A stretch of 63,693 nt of DNA from Octopus bimaculoides. Taxonomy: Eukaryota. Under the pieces are notes generated by a model. That model did not search any database. It was given only the letters and a program-made list of their open reading frames with translations, and was not told the origin of the DNA. The stretch is from contig NC_068995.1 of assembly GCF_001194135.2 (NCBI RefSeq), forward strand, positions 22,291,654 through 22,355,346, written 5' to 3'. Shown piece by piece: positions 13,347 to 26,785 of this stretch. A program made the position numbers and the translations under genes. Each line of letters begins with the position of its first letter. The stretch's first letter is position 1.

Positions 13347-14536
13347 CTCGCGTACCTTTGATGTTCTTGAAAATTAGTTAACTGATTTGGTATTAATTCC
13401 CGGATGACATCAGTTGAATATACATCCAAAGAAAATTTATCTTTTTACCGCTGAGATAGATCTCGGTATTTGCAGCCATCACAGCGTGACTCAATGCCTG
13501 ACAGAATATGATCAACAAAGGTCTGCTTTTATAACATCCCTTCACTCTCTATATTCAAACGCAAATGGAACCGACTTCTACATCAAACTCTAAGACTTGT
13601 GCATAAATATAACTGGTGATACAACTTGGATGATTGAATTTGCAATAAATCCAACAAAAATGATTTTGCTCTTCTAAAATCTGCTTTGAAAATGTGGCAC
13701 TGCTAAAATTACCGTAGCAGTATTCAAGTTACTAATAGTGACCTCACTCTATTAGAAGATGTAGATAAACAGTATTCACTATTTTAACATTCAAAATCTT
13801 GCCGTCAGTTTGAGAAAAAAAAAACTGAACAAAATTTAAACGTGCAATGAATCAGAAGATAATAGTTTAATTCTCTCTTAGGCCTTAATTCTGTGCTTAT
13901 ATCAGAAACACTACTGACAGCACAACTCAACCTATACTGAATATTTATTTCATTATCACATAAACTATAAATGTTTCAGAGAATTTCGTTCTTTTCTGCA
14001 CCTCAAAATGAGGAAACCTTCTGTTGACAGTGAAGATATAAATCTCGATGGATATAAAAATCCAAGGTATCATAAACTAGATTTTTTACGGTTCGGTGTG
14101 TAAGTTTTATTATCTATCGTAAACGTTGAAACATATTTACATTTATGTATTTCACAGGCATTTTCTACACTATATTAGATGTTCCTCTCATGCATTTGAT
14201 GTGTGAACATATATTGTAAAGAATATTAAATTATGCTTGATTGGCTTGCTTACAGTATCTTCTTCTTTACTCTAGAATTGATGCTCTTCTATAATTTTAT
14301 GAATACATGAATTGTTTGAAATGCTGCAGAATTCTCCGGCAGAATGTATATGGCAACTAGATATTATAAGGAACTTAACCATTAATAGTTTCCTAATATT
14401 CTTTACATGTGTATAATGTTATTAACACTTCATAGAAATATGACATAAGACAAATACCCGTAATTATACCATAAGCAATTGATGTATACTGATGTTTATT
14501 TTTTTTATATTTATATAATGTTACACTCACTGGCAA

Positions 14537-14650
14537 GCGCGGCGATGAGCTGTCAGAATCGCTAGAACACCGTCCAAACCAGGGGAAACAATAATCCAGC
14601 TCTTCACTTTCTGAGTTCAAATCAAGCCGAAGTCTACTTTGTATTTATGT
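14537..14650 (+). mobile_element. SINE family 1, degenerate 5' part
   Basis: gcggcgatgagctgtcagaatcgctag...ctgagttcaaatcaagccgaagtctacttt. Confidence 0.65.
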
Positions 14651-16541
14651 CCACACCATCCTCCACTCCTACCTGGATTTGGAAAGACAACGTATCACGC
14701 TAATTTTAGGGTCAATGGTAATAGACATGATAGAAAAAACAATCAATCTCGCGCTGATGTTTAATGTATGTGTGCGTTATTATACTCTATGCATCTGCAG
14801 TATTTTGACATGAGAAAACTCCTCTAAAAACGTTCAGTGTTTAAAAACACAGCATGCCTCAAAAGTAGATGACGCGACATCAACTCACAAGTGAAAGAGA
14901 CCTACAATTACACATGTATGGGTACACATAGTCATGCATACATCGTCTGATCTGGGTGACATGCTTCCAGAATTTCTTACAGTTTCGTGTAACCCTGTAC
15001 TAGACATTCTATTTTAAGATAATAGACACTTATTCCAAAAAGATTCTGAAACTTTTCCTCGCATCCGCGCGAGCAATTATGCTTCTAGCTTCCTGGGTTT
15101 CTTTCGTAACTAAAGACACCAATGATAGCAAAGGCAAAACAAAATATGCGAATCATATCTCTAGTACCTGATGACGCATATGTCAAAACAAATTTCACAT
15201 ACATGTTTTCCTTCCTACCACTTCAATTTTTCTATGGTTAAGTTCTATTGTAATTATTTGAGTTTGTAATCATCAAACCGAGCATCTAATTTCTGCCAAT
15301 CAGTTTGTATTTTCAATGTTCCAAAATTCATTACCGATTGAGTAATCAGAACTAAAGTGTATTTTATTCATTATTTCCTTATTATTTTTGGTGAAGAACA
15401 GCCAAAATAAATCTTAACTGTTATTTTTCATATCTATTACATGGAAACTAATTCAAAAGTTCCTGAAGAAAATGGTAGCAGACTATTTACCGCAAAAATA
15501 GCAATGGAAGAAATAATTGAAATAATATAGAAAATCGGAAAGAACAACACTTTGAAAGTAAGAAACAATATATCTGTAAATAATACTGTCTAGGCAATGT
15601 CAGCTGTATGAAGGAAGCAGATAGTTGTTTACAAATTGTTATGCACGAAATCACAAAGTATACAATGTCCTCTATGATTTCACTCGGGTATTGAGGTGTT
15701 TTTTTTTTAATTATACGCGCGTTTGCATATTTGTGATAGTGTGAATGTGTGCATGTGTGCAAACGTCATACAAACTCATTCTCACATATATTTGAGTTTG
15801 TGTCTTTACATAAATATACTTTAGGTATGTAACTATATATGTATACATGCACATTCTCATACGTAGATGTATCTATATGAAATAAAATAACATTAAGCAT
15901 AATCCCTGTTTTTACACATACAAAGGATAAGGCCCAATAATTTATATATGCATACTTGTTTTTGCGCCGCTATATATATATATATATGTATGTATGTATN
16001 NNNNNNNNNNNNNNNNNNNNNNNNNNNNNNNNNNNNNNNNNNNNNNNNNNNNNNNNNNNNNNNNNNNNNNNNNNNNNNNNNNNNNNNNNNNNNNNNNNNN
16101 NNNNNNNNNNNNNNNNNNNNNNNNNNNNNNNNNNNNNNNNNNNNNNNNNNNNNNNNNNNNNNNNNNNNNNNNNNNNNNNNNNNNNNNNNNNNNNNNNNNN
16201 NNNNNNNNNNNNNNNNNNNNNNNNNNNNNNNNNNNNNNNNNNNNNNNNNNNNNNNNNNNNNNNNNNNNNNNNNNNNNNNNNNNNNNNNNNNNNNNNNNNN
16301 NNNNNNNNNNNNNNNNNNNNNNNNNNNNNNNNNNNNNNNNNNNNNNNNNNNNNNNNNNNNNNNNNNNNNNNNNNNNNNNNNNNNNNNNNNNNNNNNNNNN
16401 NNNNNNNNNNNNNNNNNNNNNNNNNNNNNNNNNNNNNNNNNNNNNNNNNNNNNNNNNNNNNNNNNNNNNNNNNNNNNNNNNNNNNNNNNNNNNNNNNNNN
16501 NNNNNNNNNNNNNNNNNNNNNNNNNNNNNNNTGTGTGTGTG

Positions 16542-16576
<35 letters not shown>

Positions 16577-17089
16577 ACTGAAATGTTCATTTATGTAGAA
16601 AGAAAAATGCATATATTTTCCGATATATTTGGAAATTTCTTTTGGCATAACATTTGGAATATATTTGTTCCGTAAAAGATGTTGCTTCAAAGCAACTTTT
16701 AATCAATATCCAATCAACTTGTAGTGGATCCTCCCAATGTATTGATGATGATCACTATGATGCTCGATCAACTGAATTTTTACTCAATAAATTAATGTGT
16801 AAACGCCCGAATATTCCGCAGATATGTGTAAATTTAACGCATTTCTCAAGGAGAACGAATGTGACACAAATTTCTAATTTGTATGGCTAATGCAACCCAC
16901 GCACACAAAGATTCCCACACATATAAACCAATATTACTGTGTGCAAGGGTGTTCTTGTATATGTATGTGTGTGTGTATGTGTCCGTGTGTGAGTGAGTGG
17001 GTGTGTGTATAGGAAGAGAGAGAGAGTGAGATAAAGAGAGAGGAGAGTGAATGCAATCGAATTTAGTAATCGAATCCTATCAATCACGA

Positions 17090-17200
17090 TGGATACAAAG
17101 ACAAGTTGACCCCGGTGCTATATGGAATTAAAGCGCACAGAAGCAGAACGAATACTTTGAGCCATCCTATCACCTGCCCTAGCGATTCTGCCAGTTAGTT
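17090..17200 (-). mobile_element. SINE family 1, degenerate fragment
   Basis: aagttgaccccgg...gcgattctgccag matches the reverse complement of the family head and core. Confidence 0.5.
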
Positions 17201-17357
17201 ACCCTATTGTATTTGAGAAGCGATTCGATGATATCAATGATATACGATGATATTTATGATACCTTAGATTTACTACCCACATTGCCAAGCTGACTAACTG
17301 CTGACAGAAAATGCTATAACAATATCATAAGTAATACGCCAATATTACATTATTTTA

Positions 17358-17558
17358 GGGCGGCGAGCTGGCAGAATACCTAGCAGTATTTCGTCTGCCG
17401 TTACGTTCTGAGTTCAAATTCCGCCGAGGTCGACTTTGCCTTTCATCCTTTCTGGGTCAATAAATTAAGTAATTGTTACACACTGGGGTCGACTTAATCC
17501 CTTTTTCTGTCCTTGTTTATCCCCACTATGTTTAGCCCCTTGTGGGCAATAAAGAAAT
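17358..17558 (+). mobile_element. SINE family 1 (A/B-box head, central CCTTTCATCCTT..GTC.ATAAA core), tail type 1
   Basis: ggcggcgagctggcagaat...gttctgagttcaaattccgccgaggtcgactttgcctttcatcc...gccccttgtgggcaataaagaaat. The B box is GTTCAAATTCC, and homologous copies occur elsewhere in the window. Confidence 0.88.
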
Positions 17559-17769
17559 GAATACTAAAGTATTTTATGGGTGAGTATTTCAAGTTTTAGG
17601 CTACATGCAAGTTTTAGGCTACTCTCATTTAAACAAACACGCGTTTGGAGTAAAGCATAAAATTTGCAGGAGAATATCGTAGTTCGCTTGAAGCATTGTG
17701 TATCGTTTGTAAAGAATAAAAAGTTTTGAATGGTACAAATATGCACTATGATACAAACAATGGACTATA

Positions 17770-18445
17770 TACCTGTTGTAATTTAGTCATCCATAGTCTG
17801 ATGATATTTCGGAATATAATTCCTTCTTCAGATATTCTTAGATGGAGTCACTGCAATAATCGGTTTTCCAACGGCTTTTCTTTGTTCGGAAGCGTCTCAG
17901 CAGTGGTCTCACGAAGCTCCTTCCAGAATTCTTCATGAGACGTGCGTGAGGTCGGCCATGTCTCAATCTCGTGTGTGTTGGTACATCTGTAGCGCTGCTT
18001 CTAAGGTATGTATTATACGTACAACTTCCTTTTTTTCCTTTCTTTTTCTCTTCTCTTTTTGTTTTTGTTATAAACAATAGATGACCATATCCAAAATGAA
18101 ACTACACACATCCAGATGTGGCTAACCAATATATCGATTAGCAACCTCCAGCCTGTTGTTAATTTGAGTCCTAGTCTGTGTATGAACATAGCTTCCTCAA
18201 TTCTTAAATTAACCAAATTTCTTTCATTGGCCTCAATTGTGACTGTTATGCTTTTGTCAGTGTCCCGGCATCTGTCTACATGTTTTCTGAAGGAGGAGGC
18301 TCTCGTGTTCAGATGTTCTTTGATGCAGACGTGTAACGGTCTTGTTGTGCTGCCCATATAGAACTTGTTGCATTTGTTACATTTTATTCTATACACAACA
18401 TTTACCCGTTGGCATAAATCTGTGTTGCCCTCATCTAACAAACTG
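17770..18445 (-). mobile_element. Penelope-like element 3' end: GIY-YIG endonuclease ORF remnant plus 3' repeat region
   Basis: ORF 18013-18441 contains NVVYRIKCNKCNKFYMGSTTRPLHVCIKEH...NLRIEEAMFI, a typical PLE GIY-YIG domain. Confidence 0.88.
17791..17845 (-). ncRNA. Minimal hammerhead ribozyme-like motif
   Basis: Minus strand: CTGAAGA-A-GGAAT(TAT)ATTCC-GAAA-TA-TC. It is on the sense strand downstream of the PLE ORF. Stem I is weak. Confidence 0.6.
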
Positions 18446-18452
18446 TCTCATC

Positions 18453-18522
18453 CGTGACAGTATTCATTTGCAGTAAAATTTTCAGTATTCAATTATTGTT
18501 TCTAACTGCGTATTTTCCTTTA

Positions 18523-18605
<83 letters not shown>
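18453..18605. repeat. (CT)n microsatellite (core ~18527-18605)
   Basis: Direct reading. Confidence 0.9.
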
Positions 18606-18607
<2 letters not shown>

Positions 18608-18821
18608 GTATCCAGGGATATACCCTGTGTTCGTTTCTCTTTATCAAAATCCTACAGAGCGCTCAGTAGCATCGCCCCTCATCTACGAAAAGATATAAGA
18701 GCTAATAGCTGAGATGGTAGTTGTAGAAGTAAAACAAAAATAAAACGATATTTTCATTGAAATAATATATTTCATAATGTACATCTGGGTGTCCTTTATC
18801 TGCTTAGTTCCTTCGACATCT

Positions 18822-18863
18822 TCGTCGTCGTCGTCGTACTACTACTACTACTACTACTACTAC

Positions 18864-18914
<51 letters not shown>

Positions 18915-18936
18915 CAGTAGTAGTAGTAGTAGTAGT
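18822..18936. repeat. Compound trinucleotide (TCG)n-(ACT)9-(AGT)n
   Basis: Direct reading; the (ACT)n and (AGT)n blocks are reverse complements. Confidence 0.95.
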
Positions 18937-21900
18937 CAAACCAGTGTATAAATGATGCCTGTCATCAAAATCGTTGCAGTAATTGAAAGTAGCTAGTATT
19001 ACAGTGTCTACTGGCCCTTCTTTGAGTATGTCTGAGGAATATTTAGCAGCTACTTCTATTAGATCGAGTGGCATGCATAGGTTTTCTCTTCCCATTACAC
19101 CTAACTTAATTTTCTCTTTTCCCACCCTCATATTTATCAGTAAGGCACTTTACCATCTATTTTCGCAACTTTTACTTGTCTTCTGACTTCATTTCCAATT
19201 TCAATAACTGCCTAGAAGTATTACCAATTCCAGTAGTAAGTACCCTCGCTGTCTCCGTTTTTAATCTTTAATTCTGACGCTGGATCTGCTTATTCTTAGA
19301 ACAATTCTTTGTTTCAGGATGTTCTTAATACGCCTTTGTACTATGGTGAAGGCTTCTACCAGAAATATTAACGGTGTTATCTCTTCCAGTTTACTAATGA
19401 ACCAATCTGTTTCTCCTTTACTTTGATATTTCTGCCCGAATAAGACAAACGAATAACTTATCATATCACAGCGAAAGCAACTGTGACCTACATGATAATG
19501 CGATAAACGGGAGACTAAATTATCACAGTGAATTCGACTGAATCCTGTATTGATAATATTTCCCTAATCCCACCCCTGCACCACGTTTCCTGAACATTAT
19601 TAATTTTGGTTACAGTAGCACCGATAATGGTTCCTTTTGATCTTTGTATAATCGAACGAATGAGCATTGTCTACTGACCAGAAGTTAAGCAATGGAGAGG
19701 TGGTATGACTGCTAAAGGTTACTGAACATATATGACGGATATATATGCTAATACGCAACCATGGTAATTTAATGATTCTATCTGTGATCCATAAAGATAA
19801 AACAAATCAATATATTCTTACGTTATTAATGCAATATATATTCAATTTACAGACCCTTTCATTCTTAATCATGTTTTATGAAAAGAATTTCACTGTGATA
19901 GCTGAATTATTCAATAAATTTTGTCTTGGGGATTTGTAATATAAATTTAATTCTTATCGCGGATAATAGCGAAATCCAATAACTGATACATGCTATACAC
20001 AACAGATTTGAATAGAACTGGCAATGACGAAAAGTTACGATATATATTCTTTTAACATCGCTCGTGATGTTGCACAGCGTATATACTCCAAGCAGAATTG
20101 ATATATTCTAAATGAGCGCACAATAATGCAATTGACCGAAATTGTTTTGTTGATGCTCATTAAAGGTTAGACACATTAAATTATCCCAGAACGCATCTGT
20201 ATTATCTGTTTAGTTGATGTTCCCCTTTGGTCCAAAGGTTTGATGTTTCAAATACTATAGAATTAATCTTTTCATATACGAATATTAATATATCATTGTT
20301 GCTGTGAATCTTCAATTTTTGAGCATAAGTTATTTTCTATTAGTTAATTGTTATATTAATACTTTTCGTGGTTTATGTTTGCTGCAGTTTACATTTTTTA
20401 AACTTCTTTTGTGTAGACCATAAAGTAATCTTCAAGATTGCAATCTATTGTCATATTCCACACACAGAACATCAGATAATAAAATCGCATAAAAAAAAAT
20501 GGCGGATTAATCAAAATATAATTTTAAAACTTCAAACATTTTTATTTTCTACAAAAACAGCAAACTTGGAATTACATTGTTAGCAAGTCGCCATCATAGC
20601 CACTATTTAGAATTACGATCCAAACAATACTTCCATACTTGCATATACGCACACACGTGTACAGACATATATTTACGGAAACACACATGCACGTACGCAC
20701 ACATGCACACACACATATAAGTATGTATATATAACTAAATATGTATGTCTATATATATGTATGTGCTTGTGTATGTGTGTGTATATGCATACATGTGTGT
20801 ATGTATGATTCTATAATGTATATGTGTGTTTATGAACATATTTATGTCTGTATTCTCGTATTGTATATGCACTTGATTAATGAGAAAATGCGCGCACATA
20901 CGCGGCACAAACAACAAACCACCGATATAATGCCCGTCTTTGGAGCAAACAGCCACGTTTGTATATTTCGAATCGATAGAGAAACATGCGCCTACATACA
21001 TAACATACATGTAAGAACAAAATATCAAGAATATCAAACAAATCAATGTTTTTGTTTCCTCCACTATGAAATTTCTGATTGCCTAATCATTTTGCCTTGT
21101 GGATAATTAATTGCAAAGGTATATGGTATTAATTTTTTTGTTTTTTGTTTTTTGTCTGAAACGGCTGTTCGTTTGTTATCCATATCTAATTTTGTTTTCT
21201 TTCACACTCTGTTGGTTATTTTGGAGCGACACCGTTTGATCTCTTGATAACCATTTCATCAATATATTGTTCAATCATTTGGTTTGATCGATATAATAGC
21301 CAGCTTTTGTTAGATTGCCTATTGTATTTTTATTGTTTTACCCAAAGGCATTCATAATGACTGGGTCTAATCAGATCTTCGATGCTTTTCTTTCATGTAT
21401 AAATCAAACAACAACAGTTATGTAAACAATTAGCATGTTTCGCATGGTCTGCATCTTTCTCCACCTCTTGTGTTATAGTCTAATTATGTAAATATAAATA
21501 TATTGATTATTTCACTACACAAAATAAAGGTCGTTTTCGTCCGTTTTTTGTTTTAATTTCATTTTTCGTATACTTCAGAAGCTTGAATATTATAAAGCAA
21601 ATATGGTATAAAATTTTCCAATGGCGTAGCAAAACTTATTGATCTAATCATGGTGGCTGAACAAGGAAACAGTCGCCGTTCAATACTAGTTTCTATGAGC
21701 TGAAATTAGAAAATGTAAATACATTATAATTACTCTGATAGCCATTAGCAGTCACAATTTCACTAATTTCGCATATATAAAAAATGCAGTTGTTTATCAT
21801 ATATGTTATAGAAGCATATAACAATATCATCTTCTCTTCTCTGCTGTGGTATTTGATTGAAGACAGGGCACATGTTAATGTCCACTAATAGAGTTTAAAG

Positions 21901-22554
21901 AATATTCAAGTTTCATAAATGTTTTGCATTACAATGTAATCATGAATAGCATACTGCTTTGAAATAAAACTGAGCAGATCGATACCACACAACCACAGAG
22001 CATACCATACTCGTATCATGATGAACTAAACATGAGCAGTTATATATATATATATATTTGTATATTCATCTAAGACCGTCCTTACAAAATATGTGTAGGC
22101 ATTTCTATAAGTTTATATTAAAAAAATACATAATGGAGTTATTGTAGAATAAGTCAAGGGTATCTACAAGCGAACGATATTTTTAAATAGATAATGAAAT
22201 AGAAACGATGATATTCAGTGATACTGAGGGACGGAATCAACTTGATCAGTCAAACTGATCGTATAGCTAATACCACTACGCAAATTTACCCACATGTGCA
22301 TATGAGCGTGTGTAAAAGTGATATGAAAAACGTGCGTTTTTATGCATAAAACACATACACACACACACGCACACACACGCGCGCGCTCGCATATACGTAA
22401 ACATACTCATGCGCTTACACACAAGCATAAAGACACTAACATACTAACAAACGCATTTCATATAAAAGATTTACATGTATATGTGTATATGTATATATGC
22501 ATACATACACATACAGACTTACACACACACATGCATACATATATATACGCAGAT

Positions 22555-22590
22555 ATGTGTGTGCTTGTGTGCGTGTGTGTGTGTGTGTAC

Positions 22591-22648
<58 letters not shown>

Positions 22649-22710
22649 CATATGCGTGTGTGTGTTTGTGTGTGTGTATGTGTGTGTGCGTGTGTGCGCG
22701 TGCGTGTGTG
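22555..22710. repeat. Compound (TG)n/(TA)n microsatellite
   Basis: Direct reading. Confidence 0.95.
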
Positions 22711-23946
22711 AACAAGATGGAAGGGAATTGCGATGCATGTATACTTCAAGGGTTGAATGTATCGTGCTTTTGTTTAATTTTCCATTTGTTATGTTTTACG
22801 TCCAGCCCAAATACAAGTCACTTTCTACAAATCGAAATCACTCCGTTACTCAGATTCATAAACGAGAAATTATTAATTTAGTCTATGAAATCTGTCTTTA
22901 AAAGATGCGTTACAAATGTCTGAAAGGACAAGGTTTCCACACTAATTGTACGTCAGTATCAGTTCTCATTTCTTGTGGTAGTTTATCTGTTAAATTACGG
23001 AATATTTGAAGCATAGAATGCTATGATTTATTCTGTGATATCTAAAATTCAGTTCATTTTTTTCAGACATATTAATACATATTTATTTCAAATAGAAAAG
23101 GAAGCTTTGATTGAGATGGATGGTAAATTCTGAAAGCAGTATGAATATTTAATTTATAGTCTCTACATTCTGAGCTTATTTTGTATTTATATTTATGCAT
23201 TTAAAATAGAAAATATTGCTAAAAAGTATTTGAACTAAGTACTAAACGAAAGAATCTATATCTAATAAAGCCATCTACCATCCATATTATATTAGTAGTT
23301 TAAATTTATAAGATTGTCAAGCAGTTATTGAGCATATAGTATACGTAATAATATGATAATATTTAAATTCAAGCCAACCTGTTTTGAAAAGGATTTTGAA
23401 AACAGAATATACAATATTTCAGTGTGAATGAACTGGTATCTGCTTTTAATGTTTTGAATATATTTCATATAAACACTGTTCCTAATGAAAGGAAGCGAGT
23501 ATTGTATTAAATACTCCATTGATAAAGCAATAAGTATCATGTGAATAGTGGTGTGGACATTCAATATAATTTCTATAATGCGATGAATAGAGAATGAACA
23601 TAACTGTATGTCTCGCTCCCTCTCTTTTCCTCAATTATTGAAGAATTCAGGAAATGATTCTGGTGCTTTCAATAATCAAGCAGGTCTAATGTAACACCTT
23701 GTAATGTAAAACTCTACACCGAGTCATATGAGGTGCACTTAAAAGTTTGCCAATGTAAGATGTGTTTAATGTATTAGGTAACATACCCACTATTAAATTA
23801 ATGAAATATTCGATAAAAAAAAAATTGTGATGTCTTCAACAAATATACATTGTCAGATTTAACATTGATTTCTTCCCGCCAGACAACTAGATATTTCATT
23901 TTACGGACAATAGACTTGGTGACTGGAGAGAATTCATTTAAAAATA

Positions 23947-24120
23947 ATTTCTAATTTAGGCATTCGGCCAACTATTTTAACGGGAATGGCTACTTATTTA
24001 GATTGGACCCAGTACTTGACTAGTACTGTATTTTATCGTCATCGGACAGATGAAAATTAAAGTTGACCCCGGTCACTTTGAACTTACGACATGTAGGGGG
24101 AGAAGAACTACCGCAAGATA
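23947..24120 (-). mobile_element. SINE family 1, tail type 2, degenerate
   Basis: tttctaatttaggca...ccagtacttgactagtac...gatgaaaattaaagttgaccccgg...tttgaac. Confidence 0.6.
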
Positions 24121-24376
24121 TTTTTCCTGATGTTTTAACAATTTTTTCCAATCCACCACCCATTAATATTTATATCGAACGAAGGCAAAATGCACCAATT
24201 TGTCAAGGGTAGTTAGTGGTATATCATTTTTTTTCCACCTCTTCATTAATCGATTGAAGACAAATTTAATTTCGGAAACATTTCAATTTAGAACTGATTT
24301 CACAATGAACCGATATTTTGCACATGTAAGTTCAGGACAGCAGTATCCAGAATCAGCATTTGGTTCAATTTTAAAT

Positions 24377-24420
24377 TTGACTATCAGAACATTGACTATC
24401 AGAACATTGACCATCAGAAC
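24377..24420. repeat. 15-bp tandem repeat x3 (TTGACTATCAGAACA)
   Basis: Copies start at 24377, 24392 and 24407. Confidence 0.9.
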
Positions 24421-24499
24421 TGGTTACAAATTATACAACATGGAGACGAGCATATGTTATGACATTTTATATTAACGTCAAAATAAACTATAAGATTCA

Positions 24500-24535
24500 A
24501 TGTGTATGTATGTATGTATGTATGTGTGTATGTGC

Positions 24536-24610
<75 letters not shown>
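24500..24610. repeat. (TATG)n/(TA)n microsatellite
   Basis: Direct reading. Confidence 0.95.
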
Positions 24611-24719
24611 TGTATACATACATTTATATATATTTATTCTTTTGTGTTTGTGATGTGTGTGGCGTGTGTGTATATGTGTGTGTTTATCTAAGCGATTGTC
24701 GGACTGCGATACATTGAAG

Positions 24720-25360
24720 TTTATCATGGCTTTATTTAGTCTGTTTTGAGTTATAATTTTCCATGGGTATGTGGGTTTGAGTGTAGTGGTAATTAGGCTG
24801 TAAGGTAGGTTTTAACAGGGAGGTGTTTGGGGAAATATTTATTGATTACGTTTAGGGATATGTTACTGTTTAGAATATATTCATGTATTTAGAACTTTGT
24901 AGGGTGTGTATTGTCTCCTTCAGGTCATAGGATTACTTTTAGTGGTCCACAAAACGGACGAAGGTAGGTGTAAGAGTGCCATTAGCTTTAGTTATTTTTG
25001 AATTTAATGGATTCAATTCTTCGCTTTGGCAATGTAGAGATCAAATCTTCAAAGCTTAGTCCAGTATTTAAAACTTAGTAATTGAACGTTTCAAAATTTT
25101 GTAATGGAATGTTCTAGGGTTACATAATTGAATGGAAATAAGTGGTATGTTTTGGCTGGTAAGTTTCTTTACTTATTTTTGTTATTTAGGGGTTTTCCTG
25201 TTTGTATTTGGAAGGTGGGATTTTTTAGTCTGGTATATCATAGTGTCGTTAGTATAAACAATTGTTTATCTTGTGCTTTGATGTTTACAATAGAATGTGG
25301 GTAGATGTAAAGTTTATACGTCTGTATGATTCTCTCTGGGGATTCATTCAATAAGCAATT
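24720..25360 (-). mobile_element. Possible decayed LINE 3' fragment (clade undetermined)
   Basis: Strong A/C strand skew, the peptide ERIIQTYKLYIYP resembling the post-RT 'LYK.YIRP' region of non-LTR elements, and AATAAA near 24735. Heavily degraded. Confidence 0.35.
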
Positions 25361-25814
25361 TGATTACTATATAGCATTTTGAATCTTTGAGATTTTTGGA
25401 AGCACAGCTGTGGGCTGTCTTTATAAATGCACACACTAACTTACAAAATTCTAAATATTAGCTCCACAACTCATACTGTTGTATCCTTGCTTTACTTCTG
25501 CCTGGATCATGAACCTTCTTTTGCTTGTGTCCGCATTCCACCAAGATTAGCAATTAGAAGAACTGCGACTCTGATACCCTATGCCTAGCCTAGGCAGTAT
25601 ATTTCATTGTTCCTCAACCACTCCTCTTCCTGATTCTCAGCACTGGTTATATTGTTCCTGTCAATGAGTGAGTTATCAGACAACTCTTTAAAACATATGA
25701 TTGTATGTTGATGTTATAGCCTCTTCATATGCACACTGTTTGTTCCAATCATCATACTAGCGCATGTTCGTGTGAAGTTAGCATAGTTTTCACCTCTACT
25801 GGCCTCACTACAAC

Positions 25815-26110
25815 AAATACGACCAATGCTTTCTTTGGTCGTGGCAGTTGCAGGACGTCCAAACCTTGGGTCACCTTCAAAACTCTCCCTTCCACTCCTA
25901 AATTTAACTTCAAAATTCCGTCCTGCTGATAAAACCTGGGCATCATCTGCTAGTACAGCAAACATGTTGGCATGAATGTAGTTGTGGGCTTAACATTTTT
26001 TCTGCAGATACTTGATAAGTCGATGATGCCAAATTTTGTCCACTTTCAAAAGTAGTCGCTACCATTTAGGTTTGATATCTCCTTTTGACAGTCAAATATC
26101 AGTTTACCTG
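25815..26110 (-). mobile_element. mariner transposase N-terminal (HTH) relic
   Basis: KVDKIWHHRLIKYLQKK...IHANMFAVLADDA...FRSGRESFEGDPRFGRPATATTKESIGRI, containing the mariner ExxDDxRSGRP motif. Confidence 0.82.
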
Positions 26111-26785
26111 AAAAAACAATACAGTTATTAATAGGAGTAGTTGAGATTAATGCTTACAAGATTTCACAGCTCTAGCATCACTCTTTCATAGACAACCTAT
26201 GAACGTTTCAGCCCAACCTGGTATCATATAAGCTGGAGTTGATTGTGATATAGCTGTCCAAGATGGCATATATCTGCACTTTACTGACCATACTTCTAAA
26301 TAAAGTGTTTTTCTCAATGTTTTGGGCCAAATCTTAAATTTGCCTATTAGAAACGGGAAATTATCAACGACAATCGTTTCTCGTTTGTGTATTCCCTATA
26401 TCAGGTCTACCACACCTGAAAAAACTTGAAACACTTTTATTCTATCAGTTGCATTAAACAATCTAATAAAATCTCGGCAAAAATATTAAGCACGTACATC
26501 TGTATCTTGTAAAGTTGATCGCTAAAAGCAGAATTTGCCTCTCGAAGTAGCACGTCTCGTTGCAACTTTAATTGAGATATTATCATCAGTTTTTCTATCT
26601 AGAGCTGCACCTCATCACTGTTGTAGAAAGTGAATTCTACTAGCATGTACTCATCTCTGTGTCATGAAAGGTAAGTGATTGCATTCGAAGTGGCTTGTGA
26701 TTATTGCCTTGGTATGGGAAGACATATAGTATAGGGCAGTAAATTGTTGGGGTGTTTTTGTTTTGTGGAGATGCTACCTCAAGAT

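Noticed and set aside
15893-16690. Long ORFs of 200-370 aa around 16, 32, 33-34, 36-37, 39, 56 and 62-63 kb
   Set aside because: They consist almost entirely of translated N-runs and flanking dinucleotide repeats.
18796-19464. Minus-strand ORFs near 18.8-19.5 kb
   Set aside because: No motif recognised; the poly-T/S part is the ACT/AGT microsatellite.
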